From NCBI GenBank assembly GCA_016432465.1, contig CP066690.1, positions 786,724 to 850,723 on the forward strand: 64,000 nucleotides of DNA, read 5' to 3'. Under the pieces are notes generated by a model. That model was given only the letters and a program-made list of their open reading frames with translations. It ran no database searches and was not told the DNA's origin. Each line of letters begins with the position of its first letter. Position 1 is the stretch's first letter. Both the position numbers and the translations under genes were made by a program. Shown piece after piece: positions 28,610 to 37,855 of this stretch. Origin of the DNA: Candidatus Sungiibacteriota bacterium. Its GTDB lineage: Bacteria; Patescibacteriota; Minisyncoccia; Sungbacterales; HO2-52-23.

Positions 28610-30370
28610 ATGACTCTTACCCCGATTGACGATATTAAAGGGCGTTTGGATATCGTGGATGTAATCCAGGGCTATGTCCGGCTTCAGAAGGCCGGGATAA
28701 ACTATAAGGCCCTGTGCCCATTTCACATGGAGAAGACACCGTCATTTTTTGTATCGCCTTCTCGTCAAATCTGGCACTGTTTTGGCGGATGCGGCAAAGG
28801 GGGGGACATTTTTAAATTTATAATGGAGATTGAAGGACTGGAATTTCCGGAGGCATTGCGGACGCTGGCGACTCGCGCGGGCGTGGTTTTAAAACGGGAA
28901 GACCCAGCCATACGCTCGGAGAAAAATAGATTACACGATCTCAACGAAGAAGCAACTAAAATTTTTGAAAGGAACCTTGTTCTTACTCCGGCAGTAAAGT
29001 TGTATCTCAAAAAGCGAGGGGTTGCCGACGAGACAATTCAAGGATTTCGTATTGGATTTGCGCCGCAGAGTTGGGATTTTTTACTGAAAGCCTTAACCGT
29101 TGGGGGATTTAAAAAAGAAGAAATTGAAAAAGCGGGCCTCGCCATAAGGTCAGAAGATGGGACTTCGTGGTACGACCGTTTTCGCTCACGGGTCATGTTT
29201 CCGATTAGTGATGCCAATGGCCGTGTGGTAGGTTTTAGCGGGAGAGTGTTTTCCGCCGAAGGCGGATCCGCCTCTGGCGGAGAGGCATCCAAAGCCGCGC
29301 AGATAGAGGCCAAATACGTAAACACGCCGCAAACCCTTCTTTACGATAAATCTCGTGTCCTCTATGGCTTTGAAAAGGCCAAAAACGAAATCCGCGCTAA
29401 AAATCAGGTGATCGTAGTTGAGGGCCAGATGGACTGTATCATGTCGCATCAGGCTGGAGTTAAAAACACTGTGGCTGTTTCCGGCACCGCCCTTACTCCT
29501 TACCAGTTAAAAATTTTACGTAGGCTTTGTGAGACCCTGATTAGCTCTTTTGACACAGATGCCGCGGGCGAGTCCGCTACTAAACGGTCGCTGGCTCTGG
29601 CTTCGCAATTTGAATTTGAAAGGAAAATTGCAGTGATACCTTCGGGCAAGGACCCGGCCGACACGGTGGCAGAAGATGCGGCCCTATGGAGAAGCGCCGT
29701 GGATGGGGCACGACCGGTAGTAGACTTTTATTTTGATAAAATGTTGCGGGAGCACGATCCTCGCACGGTTGACGGAAAAAAGAAAATTTCGGCGACGCTT
29801 CTGCCGTTGCTCTCGGAACTTGCTGGCGAAATAGAAAAAGCACATTGGGTAGGAGAACTTGCTAAACGCTTTGGGATCCGTGACGATGCTGTCTGGAACG
29901 AATTAAATAGGGTAAAAAGCGGACCACAGGAATACAGTGTTGATACCGCTCCCCGCAGTCGTATTCCAACGAGACGTGAACTTCTGGAGGAGAGATTGCT
30001 TACTCTTCTGACGCTTGTTAGTCAGGAGGTCCGCGATCGGGAATTGAGCGGCGGGAATGATTTCGTCTTTACCTCCGCTTTAAACGAGAGATTATTTGAA
30101 AACCTTAAGGAGAAGGCGACGGCCGTCAGCGATCTCTCCGGGCACCTAAACCTCTTACGGTTTAAGGGAGAAGTACTTGTCCAGATGACAAGCAATATTG
30201 AGGAAGAATTTGTGGTTTGCAAAAGAGAACTTGAAAAAGAGTGCATTAAGGAAAAACTCCTTAAGATAGGAGAGGAAATTGAGCGAAGTGAAAAAAGGGG
30301 GGATCACGTTGATGTTGTCTCGCTTCTGCAGGACTTTCAGGCCCTTTCCGGAAAGCTCAAAACTTTATAA
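28610..30370 (+). CDS. dnaG: DNA primase
   Basis: [11 protein letters not shown]...WHCFGCGKGGD zinc-binding motif, Toprim region EGQMD; 586 aa. Confidence 0.9.
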   Translation: MTLTPIDDIKGRLDIVDVIQGYVRLQKAGINYKALCPFHMEKTPSFFVSPSRQIWHCFGGCGKGGDIFKFIMEIEGLEFPEALRTLATRAGVVLKREDPAIRSEKNRLHDLNEEATKIFERNLVLTPAVKLYLKKRGVADETIQGFRIGFAPQSWDFLLKALTVGGFKKEEIEKAGLAIRSEDGTSWYDRFRSRVMFPISDANGRVVGFSGRVFSAEGGSASGGEASKAAQIEAKYVNTPQTLLYDKSRVLYGFEKAKNEIRAKNQVIVVEGQMDCIMSHQAGVKNTVAVSGTALTPYQLKILRRLCETLISSFDTDAAGESATKRSLALASQFEFERKIAVIPSGKDPADTVAEDAALWRSAVDGARPVVDFYFDKMLREHDPRTVDGKKKISATLLPLLSELAGEIEKAHWVGELAKRFGIRDDAVWNELNRVKSGPQEYSVDTAPRSRIPTRRELLEERLLTLLTLVSQEVRDRELSGGNDFVFTSALNERLFENLKEKATAVSDLSGHLNLLRFKGEVLVQMTSNIEEEFVVCKRELEKECIKEKLLKIGEEIERSEKRGDHVDVVSLLQDFQALSGKLKTL

Positions 30371-30375
30371 TTTCT

Positions 30376-31599
30376 ATGAATACAAAAAAATCAATAAAAA
30401 AGAAAGCAGCAGTTAAGGGTTATGAAAGAAAAAAGAACCGCGCTTCTATTTTGGTTAAGCAGGCGAAGATTAAAAGTCCGATTCCAACAAAAATCCAGCC
30501 AGGCCTAAAAAAAGTTGCCAAGGAGGTTGAGCAGAAAATCAAGGCGTTAATGGAACGGGGCAGGGGGCGCGGCTTCGTGACTTATGCTGAAATTCTTTAC
30601 TATTTCCCTACGATTGAGGAAGATATTTTGCTGCTGGAAGATCTTTATCAAAGGCTGGAACAGGGAAATATTGAAATTCTGGAGTCGCGGGAACTTCTGG
30701 GAGAAGCGGGTGAAGAAAAAGCCGTCGCTAAAAAAAGAAAGCGGGAGGAGGCCATTGACTTTGAGCAGTTATCGCAGGACTCGGTGCAGATGTATCTGCG
30801 CGAAATCGGCCGGATCACCCTACTTACCGGTGACGAGGAAAAAGACCTTGCCAAGCGTATTGAAAGGGGAGATGAGGAAGCGCGAAAAAAACTCACTCAA
30901 GCCAATTTGAGGTTGGTGGTTTCTATTGCCAAGCGCTACGTTGGCCGCTCGCCTCACCTGACGCTGCTTGATTTGATTCAGGAGGGAAATATCGGCCTTT
31001 TCAAGGCAGTAGAAAAATTTGATTACCGCCGCGGCTATAAGTTTTCTACTTATGCTACGTGGTGGATTAGACAGGCAATTACGCGTGCCTTGGCGGATCA
31101 GGCGCGAACCATACGGATCCCGGTGCACATGGTGGAAACAATTTCTAAATACCAGCAGGTCAAGCGCCGCCTTATTCAGGATTTGGGACGCGAGCCTTTA
31201 CCGGAAGAAATTGCGGCGGAGATGGGACTGGAATTGGAAAAGGTGCACCACATTGAAAGGATTGCGCAGGAAACGGTGTCTTTGGAAGCTCCGGTGGGAG
31301 ACGACGAGGAAGACTCGGTCTTGGGAGAGTTTATTGTTGATGAAAAAACGCTTTCCCCCGCGCAGTTTGCCGCGCGTCGTCTCCTTAAAGACCAGCTGAT
31401 TACGATTATCAAAGAGTTGACCCCACGCGAGCAGAAAATTTTGAGTATGCGTTTTGGTTTGGAGGATGGCATCACGCATACCCTTGAGGAAGTCGGTAGT
31501 GAGTTTGGTGTAACCCGCGAGCGCATCCGCCAAATTGAGGCCAAGTCCCTGGAGCGTATCAGACTACACGAGGCCTCCAGAAAACTTGAAGAATATTAA
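30376..31599 (+). CDS. rpoD: RNA polymerase sigma factor, primary (sigma-70 family)
   Basis: Region 2.4 [14 protein letters not shown], region 4 [22 protein letters not shown]; conserved dnaG-rpoD arrangement. Confidence 0.9.
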   Translation: MNTKKSIKKKAAVKGYERKKNRASILVKQAKIKSPIPTKIQPGLKKVAKEVEQKIKALMERGRGRGFVTYAEILYYFPTIEEDILLLEDLYQRLEQGNIEILESRELLGEAGEEKAVAKKRKREEAIDFEQLSQDSVQMYLREIGRITLLTGDEEKDLAKRIERGDEEARKKLTQANLRLVVSIAKRYVGRSPHLTLLDLIQEGNIGLFKAVEKFDYRRGYKFSTYATWWIRQAITRALADQARTIRIPVHMVETISKYQQVKRRLIQDLGREPLPEEIAAEMGLELEKVHHIERIAQETVSLEAPVGDDEEDSVLGEFIVDEKTLSPAQFAARRLLKDQLITIIKELTPREQKILSMRFGLEDGITHTLEEVGSEFGVTRERIRQIEAKSLERIRLHEASRKLEEY

Positions 31600-31671
31600 A
31601 ATTTTGTATAGAATTTAAAACATTCCGGCGTAGCCCCGACGTTAAGGTTGGGGCCCCGCACCAAATTCTCT

Positions 31672-31800
31672 CTCTGCAGTAGTTCAACGGTAGAGCGGCG
31701 CGCTGTTTCAGCCTGAGGCTGATCCGCCTCTGGCGGAAAGGAGACGGTCGCAGGTTCTCAGCCAAAGGCTGATTCGCCTCGGGCGAAGAATCCTGCAGCA
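31672..31800 (+). pseudogene. tRNA-Asn-derived sequence carrying two ~30-nt insertions (anticodon loop and T-loop) and a degenerate acceptor/anticodon stem
   Basis: D-arm TAGTTCAACGGTAGAGC, CTGTT...AAGGAGACGGTCGCAGGTTC...GAATCCTGC are collinear with the downstream tRNA-Asn. Insertions lie at 31708-31737 and 31758-31787. Confidence 0.5.
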
Positions 31801-31827
31801 AATATATTTACAAATAAAATCCTCTGC

Positions 31828-31900
31828 TCCGGTGTAGCTCAGTGGTAGAGCGGCTCCCTGTTAAGGAGACGGTCGCAGGTTCGAATCCTGCCACCGGAGC
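31828..31900 (+). tRNA. tRNA-Asn (anticodon GTT)
   Basis: TCCGGTG/CACCGGA acceptor, anticodon loop CTGTTAA, T-loop GGTTCGAATCC. Confidence 0.8.
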
Positions 31901-32306
31901 AAAGGGCGTGATTTGGGGTAGAAATCCCCGAATCGTGCCTTCACTGGGGGCTTTTCCGAGGTTCGAATATTATTTCGAGGTTCGGAGAGCTCCAACGCAT
32001 GATGAGAAAGTGTCATGAGCAATGCACCGCTAGGAATGGCGGTGTTTTGCTTTTGTTCGAATTTTTTCCATGCGGGGGTAAACTTTGCGAGTATTTCGAA
32101 GGCTTTGCTGTACTACAGTTCACAGTATTACGATGGCATAAACCTCACGCAGTTGAGGCCGCGAGTTGTTGCTTTCAAAACATATAAAACACACGACGGC
32201 ACTCTAATAGAGTTGTTTCAAGGAAACCGTGGGATGAGACCGGATCTCGATTTTGTTATAAAGATTTTTATCCCCGGGATATGGGAATAGATGAAAATTA
32301 GCAACC

Positions 32307-32828
32307 TTATCGAGGCACCGGTAATCCTATTTTTTGCAGCGGTAAGTAATTGAAGTAATATTGACACCCAACTGAAATAACATAATCGAGCGTATCTTTA
32401 TATGCGGGATTTTTGAACCAATCGTTGAGAATATAGACATATTCAACCTCGATATTCAGCGGTGCCATAAGTTTGCGATATTGTTTTTTCTTAAAGTCGC
32501 AAGTTTGTAGCTTCTCATCAACCGATCCCGCGACTTTCTGAAATTTCATCTCAATAATAAAGAGTGTGTTATTTACGATTACATATAAGGCCTCGTCTGG
32601 AAAAAGACGCTTCGAAACTAATTTATGCCAATTGATCTTCCTTTCCAATAACAACTTATATAGCCCCTGCTTGCGGTAACTGCGAGCTACTTCTTTGCCA
32701 CGATAATAAATTACACTGCCTTTCACAGAATAATCCTTAGCCTTTTTGAGAATTTCTAAAATATCGCGCTCTTTCTCAAAATTTAATCCCGTAATTGTAT
32801 TTCCCCCTCCTACACCTTTTGCCTTCAT
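32307..32828 (-). CDS. Putative type II restriction endonuclease (PD-(D/E)xK)
   Basis: FPDEALYVIVNNTLFIIEMK (PD...ExK spacing), 173 aa, 5 bp downstream of and co-directional with a DNA methyltransferase. Confidence 0.4.
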   Translation of the reverse strand: MKAKGVGGGNTITGLNFEKERDILEILKKAKDYSVKGSVIYYRGKEVARSYRKQGLYKLLLERKINWHKLVSKRLFPDEALYVIVNNTLFIIEMKFQKVAGSVDEKLQTCDFKKKQYRKLMAPLNIEVEYVYILNDWFKNPAYKDTLDYVISVGCQYYFNYLPLQKIGLPVPR

Positions 32829-32833
32829 AATTT

Positions 32834-34315
32834 TTATATTTTATTAAATTTTAGTGATAGATTTCGATTCAATTCTTCAAAGCGTTTAACGGATAAATCT
32901 AAAAATTTTGGTTCGGTATCGATGCCTATAAATTTTCTACCATGAAGATAGGCCGCGATGCCAGTAGTGGAACTCCCGGTGAATGGGTCAATAACTAAAT
33001 CACCTTTATTTGTGCTTGCGAGTACTATTCTTTTTAACAAATCTTCTGGTTTTTGTGTAGGATGTTTCCCAAACCTTTTTTCTATCGGTCTTGGCGTGCC
33101 CATTGACCAAACCGAGCGCATTTGGAGACCTGGTTTTTTTAAATTATCCTCTGCCCAATGGCCATTTTTCATTAGATCATAATTGAATGTATGTTTCGCC
33201 TTTCTTTCTTTTCTCGCCCAAATTAAGGTTTCGTGACTTGCGGTAAAATATCGGCAACTAAGATTCGGTGACGCGTTTGGTTTAAACCACGCAATATCGT
33301 TTAAGATATGATAACCGAGGGCCTGTAGGGCGTGACCACACTGATAAATTGAATGGTAAGTACCACTGACCCAAAGAGTGCCGTGCGGCTTCAAAACTCT
33401 CCGACACGCCTCCATCCATTTGTAATGAAAATCATAGTCATCTTTGAACCCCTTGCTTTTGTCCCAATCTCCCTTATTCACGCTAACCATTCGCCCTGCG
33501 TGAACCGTAAAGCCGCCATTGGAAAGGTTGTAAGGTGGATCGGCAAAAATCATATCAACTGAGTTTTCTGGAAGTTTTGCCAGTACATTGAGACAATTCG
33601 CTTGGTAAAGTTTAAACCCTGGCTTTTCATAATATGGTTTTGATGTAGTTACTTTCTGTTCTCTGTTGTAGAATTTTATTTCTGGAGAAATTTCTAATGG
33701 GGTAGTGTTGATGTTCTCACGAATAACATCGAGAACTATTCCTTGTATTGAAACATCCCGGCCATTTCTAAAAATAAGCGGCTCCATGCTTCTATTTGCT
33801 GGCTGTAAACGGATATGACCGCGCTCTCTATAAAATTTCTTTAGCGTCGCTTCGTGATTGTCTATAAGCGCAACTACTTTTTGGCCATTGTCAGCAACGG
33901 CTTGTTGTTTCACTAAAACGACATCGCCGTCGTTAATATTCTCGTCAATCATACTGTTGCCAACTACGCGGAGGGCATAGAATTCACCACCTCGAGGCAA
34001 CTTACTTTGAGGGACCGCGATGGTTTCCTTTTCTTGTATCGCTTCAATCGGCTGGCCCGCGGCAATAGTCCCGAGTAGCGGGATTTTCACCAGCCTGGCG
34101 GCTTTTTCCACTAAACTAATACCACGCGTCGAATTATCATCTTTAGTAATAAATCCCTTATCTGCCAAAGTTCCGATATGCTGGTGGATCGTAGAAAGTG
34201 ATGCGAGTCGGAAGTGTTTTTTAATTTCTTCCAAAATTGGTGAAAGGCCCTTCTTGTTGATATAGGACTTGGTATAGTCGTAGATTTGTTTTTGTCGCTT
34301 GGTTAGAGTAGCCAT
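32834..34315 (-). CDS. LexA (complete wHTH + S24 autopeptidase) fused to C-terminal beta-class N6-adenine/N4-cytosine DNA methyltransferase
   Basis: Residues 1-200 align with LexA: LTKRQKQIYDY, cleavage-site IPLLGTIAAGQP, catalytic VVGNSM Ser and LKKF Lys. Residues ~270-490 carry IFADPPYN (motif IV) then DPFTGSSTTGIAA (motif I). Confidence 0.75.
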   Translation of the reverse strand: MATLTKRQKQIYDYTKSYINKKGLSPILEEIKKHFRLASLSTIHQHIGTLADKGFITKDDNSTRGISLVEKAARLVKIPLLGTIAAGQPIEAIQEKETIAVPQSKLPRGGEFYALRVVGNSMIDENINDGDVVLVKQQAVADNGQKVVALIDNHEATLKKFYRERGHIRLQPANRSMEPLIFRNGRDVSIQGIVLDVIRENINTTPLEISPEIKFYNREQKVTTSKPYYEKPGFKLYQANCLNVLAKLPENSVDMIFADPPYNLSNGGFTVHAGRMVSVNKGDWDKSKGFKDDYDFHYKWMEACRRVLKPHGTLWVSGTYHSIYQCGHALQALGYHILNDIAWFKPNASPNLSCRYFTASHETLIWARKERKAKHTFNYDLMKNGHWAEDNLKKPGLQMRSVWSMGTPRPIEKRFGKHPTQKPEDLLKRIVLASTNKGDLVIDPFTGSSTTGIAAYLHGRKFIGIDTEPKFLDLSVKRFEELNRNLSLKFNKI

Positions 34316-34402
34316 AAACGATTGACTCAGCGTACTTATTTTCTTACACTATCAGTATACCGAAGATTTGCCGAAGATGTAACAAGTGAGTTATCCACAG
34401 AC

Positions 34403-35347
34403 ATGGGAACAAAAACATCAAATCCAAAAAGACAGCATTATGTACCGGCCTGCTATTTAAGAGAATTTACTGATCCGCGAGACGGATTGCTTTGGATATT
34501 TAATAAAGACGGGAAAAATGTTCGTAGACAGAAACCAGAAAAAACTTTTACATCAAATCATCTCTACACGATAAAAATAAGTGGCACCAAGGACTACCGC
34601 ATCGAACAAACACTTTCGAATATTGAAGGTAACTACGCCGGTATATTTCAAAGTAAAATCAAGAAGAAACTCCTTCTAACAGACTACGAACACATTATTT
34701 TATGTGTTTTTGTTGCAGCCCAACTTCAAAGGACATTGCGCATGAAGAAGAATCATGAAAATTTCATCCAACAGATTATAGATCACGGCAAACAGCTATT
34801 AATGGTTCACGGTAAGAATACTAATTCTAAGCAAATACAAGAATGGGAATCGTATAAAAATGACATCCATAAACTTCAGTTGTTAGATGGGTTGCCCTTT
34901 TTAACTAAAATTTTGCATCAGATGAGTGTTGCGTTTGTATGCTCGGCAAATCCTCAAAAACACTGGTTCATTACATCTGATGATCCATGCACTCTTTTCA
35001 ACCCAGATTTACAATGGCAGCGTTTTTATGGCCCGGGTTTTGGACAGAAGAATGTGCAACTAACGATGCCTCTATCGCCGGAAATAACTGTTTTCTTTTG
35101 CTGGGCTAATTATCATGGCTATTCACTTGCTGACGGCTATACGGTGGAAGAAATGATGAATAGGATGACGCGCGGGCACTGTCACAAAGAATTTGTATCT
35201 CCATTTGGCAATAAAAAATGGATATGGTTTAGTAGGATTCCTTTGGACCCGATATTTCTAATCAAAGTGTTAAAAACACGGCTTCGCTTTTTCTTGCATG
35301 ATGTAAAAATAAAGTGGAGGCGGCGTAAGTGCAAACGATATGAATGA
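34403..35347 (+). CDS. DUF4238-like protein
   Basis: N-terminal QHYVPACYLREF and C-terminal WFITSDDPCTLF match the two DUF4238 signature blocks as I recall them. Start MGTKTSN is preferred over the upstream alternative at 34322. Confidence 0.5.
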   Translation: MGTKTSNPKRQHYVPACYLREFTDPRDGLLWIFNKDGKNVRRQKPEKTFTSNHLYTIKISGTKDYRIEQTLSNIEGNYAGIFQSKIKKKLLLTDYEHIILCVFVAAQLQRTLRMKKNHENFIQQIIDHGKQLLMVHGKNTNSKQIQEWESYKNDIHKLQLLDGLPFLTKILHQMSVAFVCSANPQKHWFITSDDPCTLFNPDLQWQRFYGPGFGQKNVQLTMPLSPEITVFFCWANYHGYSLADGYTVEEMMNRMTRGHCHKEFVSPFGNKKWIWFSRIPLDPIFLIKVLKTRLRFFLHDVKIKWRRRKCKRYE

Positions 35348-37082
35348 TCTAGTCGAAAAAATTAAAGAAGTAGAGGCATCTTCGTTATCTGACGCAGAAA
35401 AGCTACAGCAGTTTGTAAATTTCATGGTCTCGCTTAAACCCGTTGATAATTCAGCGGCTTTAGTATTAGCTTGCACCTACGGAATATCTTCTGCGCAGAG
35501 ATTAGGTAGGTCAGAGATGGAAGCGCAATTTTATATAACTAGGGCTAAAGTATTCATTATGCAAACTGGTACTCTGATCCATGAGATGAAAAATATTACT
35601 TTAGCACCGCACTGGTTTCAGTTTGCTCTTGAGTCAGAAAAGAAAAGGTATGCCGAACTGGATATGCAAGTCAAAAAAATCTGGAGCGATGTTCAAGCTG
35701 ATATAGAAAAAGCATTTGAGGCGATCAATAAAAATCGTATCGCTGGTGCCGTTGCCTTCGTCTTAAAAACTACTGGTGAAGTTTATGGTCAATACTATTT
35801 ACAACTCAGGTTGTACTGTTTTAAATCAAAGTCGCCGTTTCATGCTCGGTTAGCAAACATGAAAATTTTTCGATGGATTGGGGCCGATGATTTTTTCGTT
35901 CTCAGTAAGGAGGCTAGAGGTAAACTTAAAACTGTGAAAAATGATTGTTTAACAAACCTATATAAAGCGATTGCTCTTTTTAAGCAACATAAGAATTACG
36001 ACTACCTGGCTGACGCCCTGCTTGCTCTTTCAACAGAATATCGTTCTTTCCAAAGTCCAATAAGGTCAAGATTTTATCTTACTCAAGCGGAAAGACTGAT
36101 AAAAAAGCATAAACTAACAGAACTTGAAGGCAACTTAGCTCTTATGAAGCGATGGGAGCCATTTAGTAACTATAATCCTAAAAATTTTATGGACATTAAC
36201 AGACTTGTAGAAGCTAATACTGCGTTTAGGAGGTTTGAAAAGGAGCTCTCTGGGTTTAGCGTCTCCGACAATAAAGCAAATAAATTTATGTCTTTGCTGT
36301 TAAGCTCTCTTGAATCTTTTGAGCTTGTTTCTACCCGTTACGCAAATATTAGAAACAAAATACAAGATATACACAAAGAAGAATGGGCGCAGAGAAAAGC
36401 AAATCCAGAAAGAAAATCATGGCCCGCACATCCTGATGAAAAATACTCCTACGCCGCCGTACGAGTAGATGCTGAATCTCTTTTTATATTTGGAATAATC
36501 ATGGTTCGCAGGACCCTCCCATTGATAGAATTGTTTATTCTCGATAAGCCACCGGCTAAAACATTCGAAGATTTGAGCAATTTCTATAGTTGGATTTCAA
36601 CTACCCCGAACCCATCAAAACTAACTGCTGATTTAAGAAATGATTTCGGTCATCATTTCAGATGGCTTTATGCGGTACTAAGATTTTACAGAAATAGATT
36701 TGTTGAGCATCTCAGTGAACCGCGACAACAAGGAATGAACTTTGATTTGGGAGGGAAAAAATTTGCATTACACTCCTATAAGTGGAATTTTAATGCGAAT
36801 GACGAAAAAGCTATTTTGGATTTTAAGAATAAACTGGAAAAAAGAGGTATAACGATACCAAATGAACATAATCCACGACATTATGTACAACTGGTTTTTG
36901 ATAACTTGGATCAGGTTCCCGAAGATTTTCTGCAGGACGCACTAAGATTAATTGATGATATCGGGATAGATTCGCCGTCACCAACAACTTTAATAAATCA
37001 CATTGAGGCGTATCTTCGGGATTTATTTAATTTTATGAGTGATCGTATTGGAGACAGCCACTTGGCTCAATACCGCAAATAA
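35340..37082 (+). CDS. Large hypothetical protein (580 aa, predicted helical)
   Basis: 8-bp overlap with the preceding gene (operon); no motif recognised. Confidence 0.4.
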   Translation: MNDLVEKIKEVEASSLSDAEKLQQFVNFMVSLKPVDNSAALVLACTYGISSAQRLGRSEMEAQFYITRAKVFIMQTGTLIHEMKNITLAPHWFQFALESEKKRYAELDMQVKKIWSDVQADIEKAFEAINKNRIAGAVAFVLKTTGEVYGQYYLQLRLYCFKSKSPFHARLANMKIFRWIGADDFFVLSKEARGKLKTVKNDCLTNLYKAIALFKQHKNYDYLADALLALSTEYRSFQSPIRSRFYLTQAERLIKKHKLTELEGNLALMKRWEPFSNYNPKNFMDINRLVEANTAFRRFEKELSGFSVSDNKANKFMSLLLSSLESFELVSTRYANIRNKIQDIHKEEWAQRKANPERKSWPAHPDEKYSYAAVRVDAESLFIFGIIMVRRTLPLIELFILDKPPAKTFEDLSNFYSWISTTPNPSKLTADLRNDFGHHFRWLYAVLRFYRNRFVEHLSEPRQQGMNFDLGGKKFALHSYKWNFNANDEKAILDFKNKLEKRGITIPNEHNPRHYVQLVFDNLDQVPEDFLQDALRLIDDIGIDSPSPTTLINHIEAYLRDLFNFMSDRIGDSHLAQYRK

Positions 37083-37103
37083 TCTTTTTTAATTACAAAT
37101 ATT

Positions 37104-37589
37104 ATGGCCGCAGGATGGGTACATGCATCGATGGATTTAATGGCGTTTGGACGCAGTTATTTTGATTTGCATAAATACAAAGATCATCCTTGGAGAGAGT
37201 TGGGATATAAGCATAGGCAAATAAATCACGATTGGTATAAAGAATTCGGTAAAAGCTGGAATTTCAATGAACCATTCCCCCCAATAATTCACATGAGAAC
37301 TGATGCTATAGAGAATCCAGATGAGGCGGAACAATTTCAATCGTGGACTTCACACGATTATTTGGATCGTATCTGGGATACTCTTGATTTTGAACGGCGG
37401 AGAAGTTTTGAGCTGGCTTGCAAATGGTTTTTGGAAAACCCCGAAGAACTGAATCGAGTTTACGAAATCGATGTTTTTAGAGGTTTAATTTTCCGTGTTA
37501 TTGACGGAAAAGAAGTAACTGAGAATTGTCCTGAACTCGTCAAAGAATATCAGCGTCTCCGTAGCTATGTGGCAAGGATTAATTTGTAA
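37104..37589 (+). CDS. Hypothetical protein (161 aa), third gene of DUF4238 operon
   Basis: Co-directional, 21 bp after the preceding gene. Confidence 0.35.
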   Translation: MAAGWVHASMDLMAFGRSYFDLHKYKDHPWRELGYKHRQINHDWYKEFGKSWNFNEPFPPIIHMRTDAIENPDEAEQFQSWTSHDYLDRIWDTLDFERRRSFELACKWFLENPEELNRVYEIDVFRGLIFRVIDGKEVTENCPELVKEYQRLRSYVARINL

Positions 37590-37855
37590 ACTTCTTAAGC
37601 TCGTCTAATTCGGGTCAATCTGGTGCCAGTGGTACAAAGCTCTGACCCGGGGTTAATCGCTCGCCACAGGGGCACACAGCTCGTAATTCGCGGTGTTTCT
37701 ACCAGTAGTTCACGATCTTAAACGGAGAAATGTTGCCGGGAATCTGCCAAATAGCGGTTCTAAATGCGTGAAGCGCGCGGAGCAAGATATAGGTAGCGGA
37801 TGGCAAATAAATCTGTTTCTGTGTACAACTCTGGATTTTTCTTGGGATAATTGAT

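Noticed and set aside
31999-32290. ORFs 31999..32187 and 32015..32290 in the tRNA-proximal non-coding stretch
   Set aside because: No RBS or motif. The region looks like decayed integration debris (tRNA T-arm-like fragments), so they were not called.
34316-34402. SOS (LexA) box upstream of the LexA-MTase gene
   Set aside because: I looked for CTGT-N8-ACAG and GAAC-N4-GTTC type palindromes and found only a partial TACACTA...GTATAC element. No confident operator call is made.
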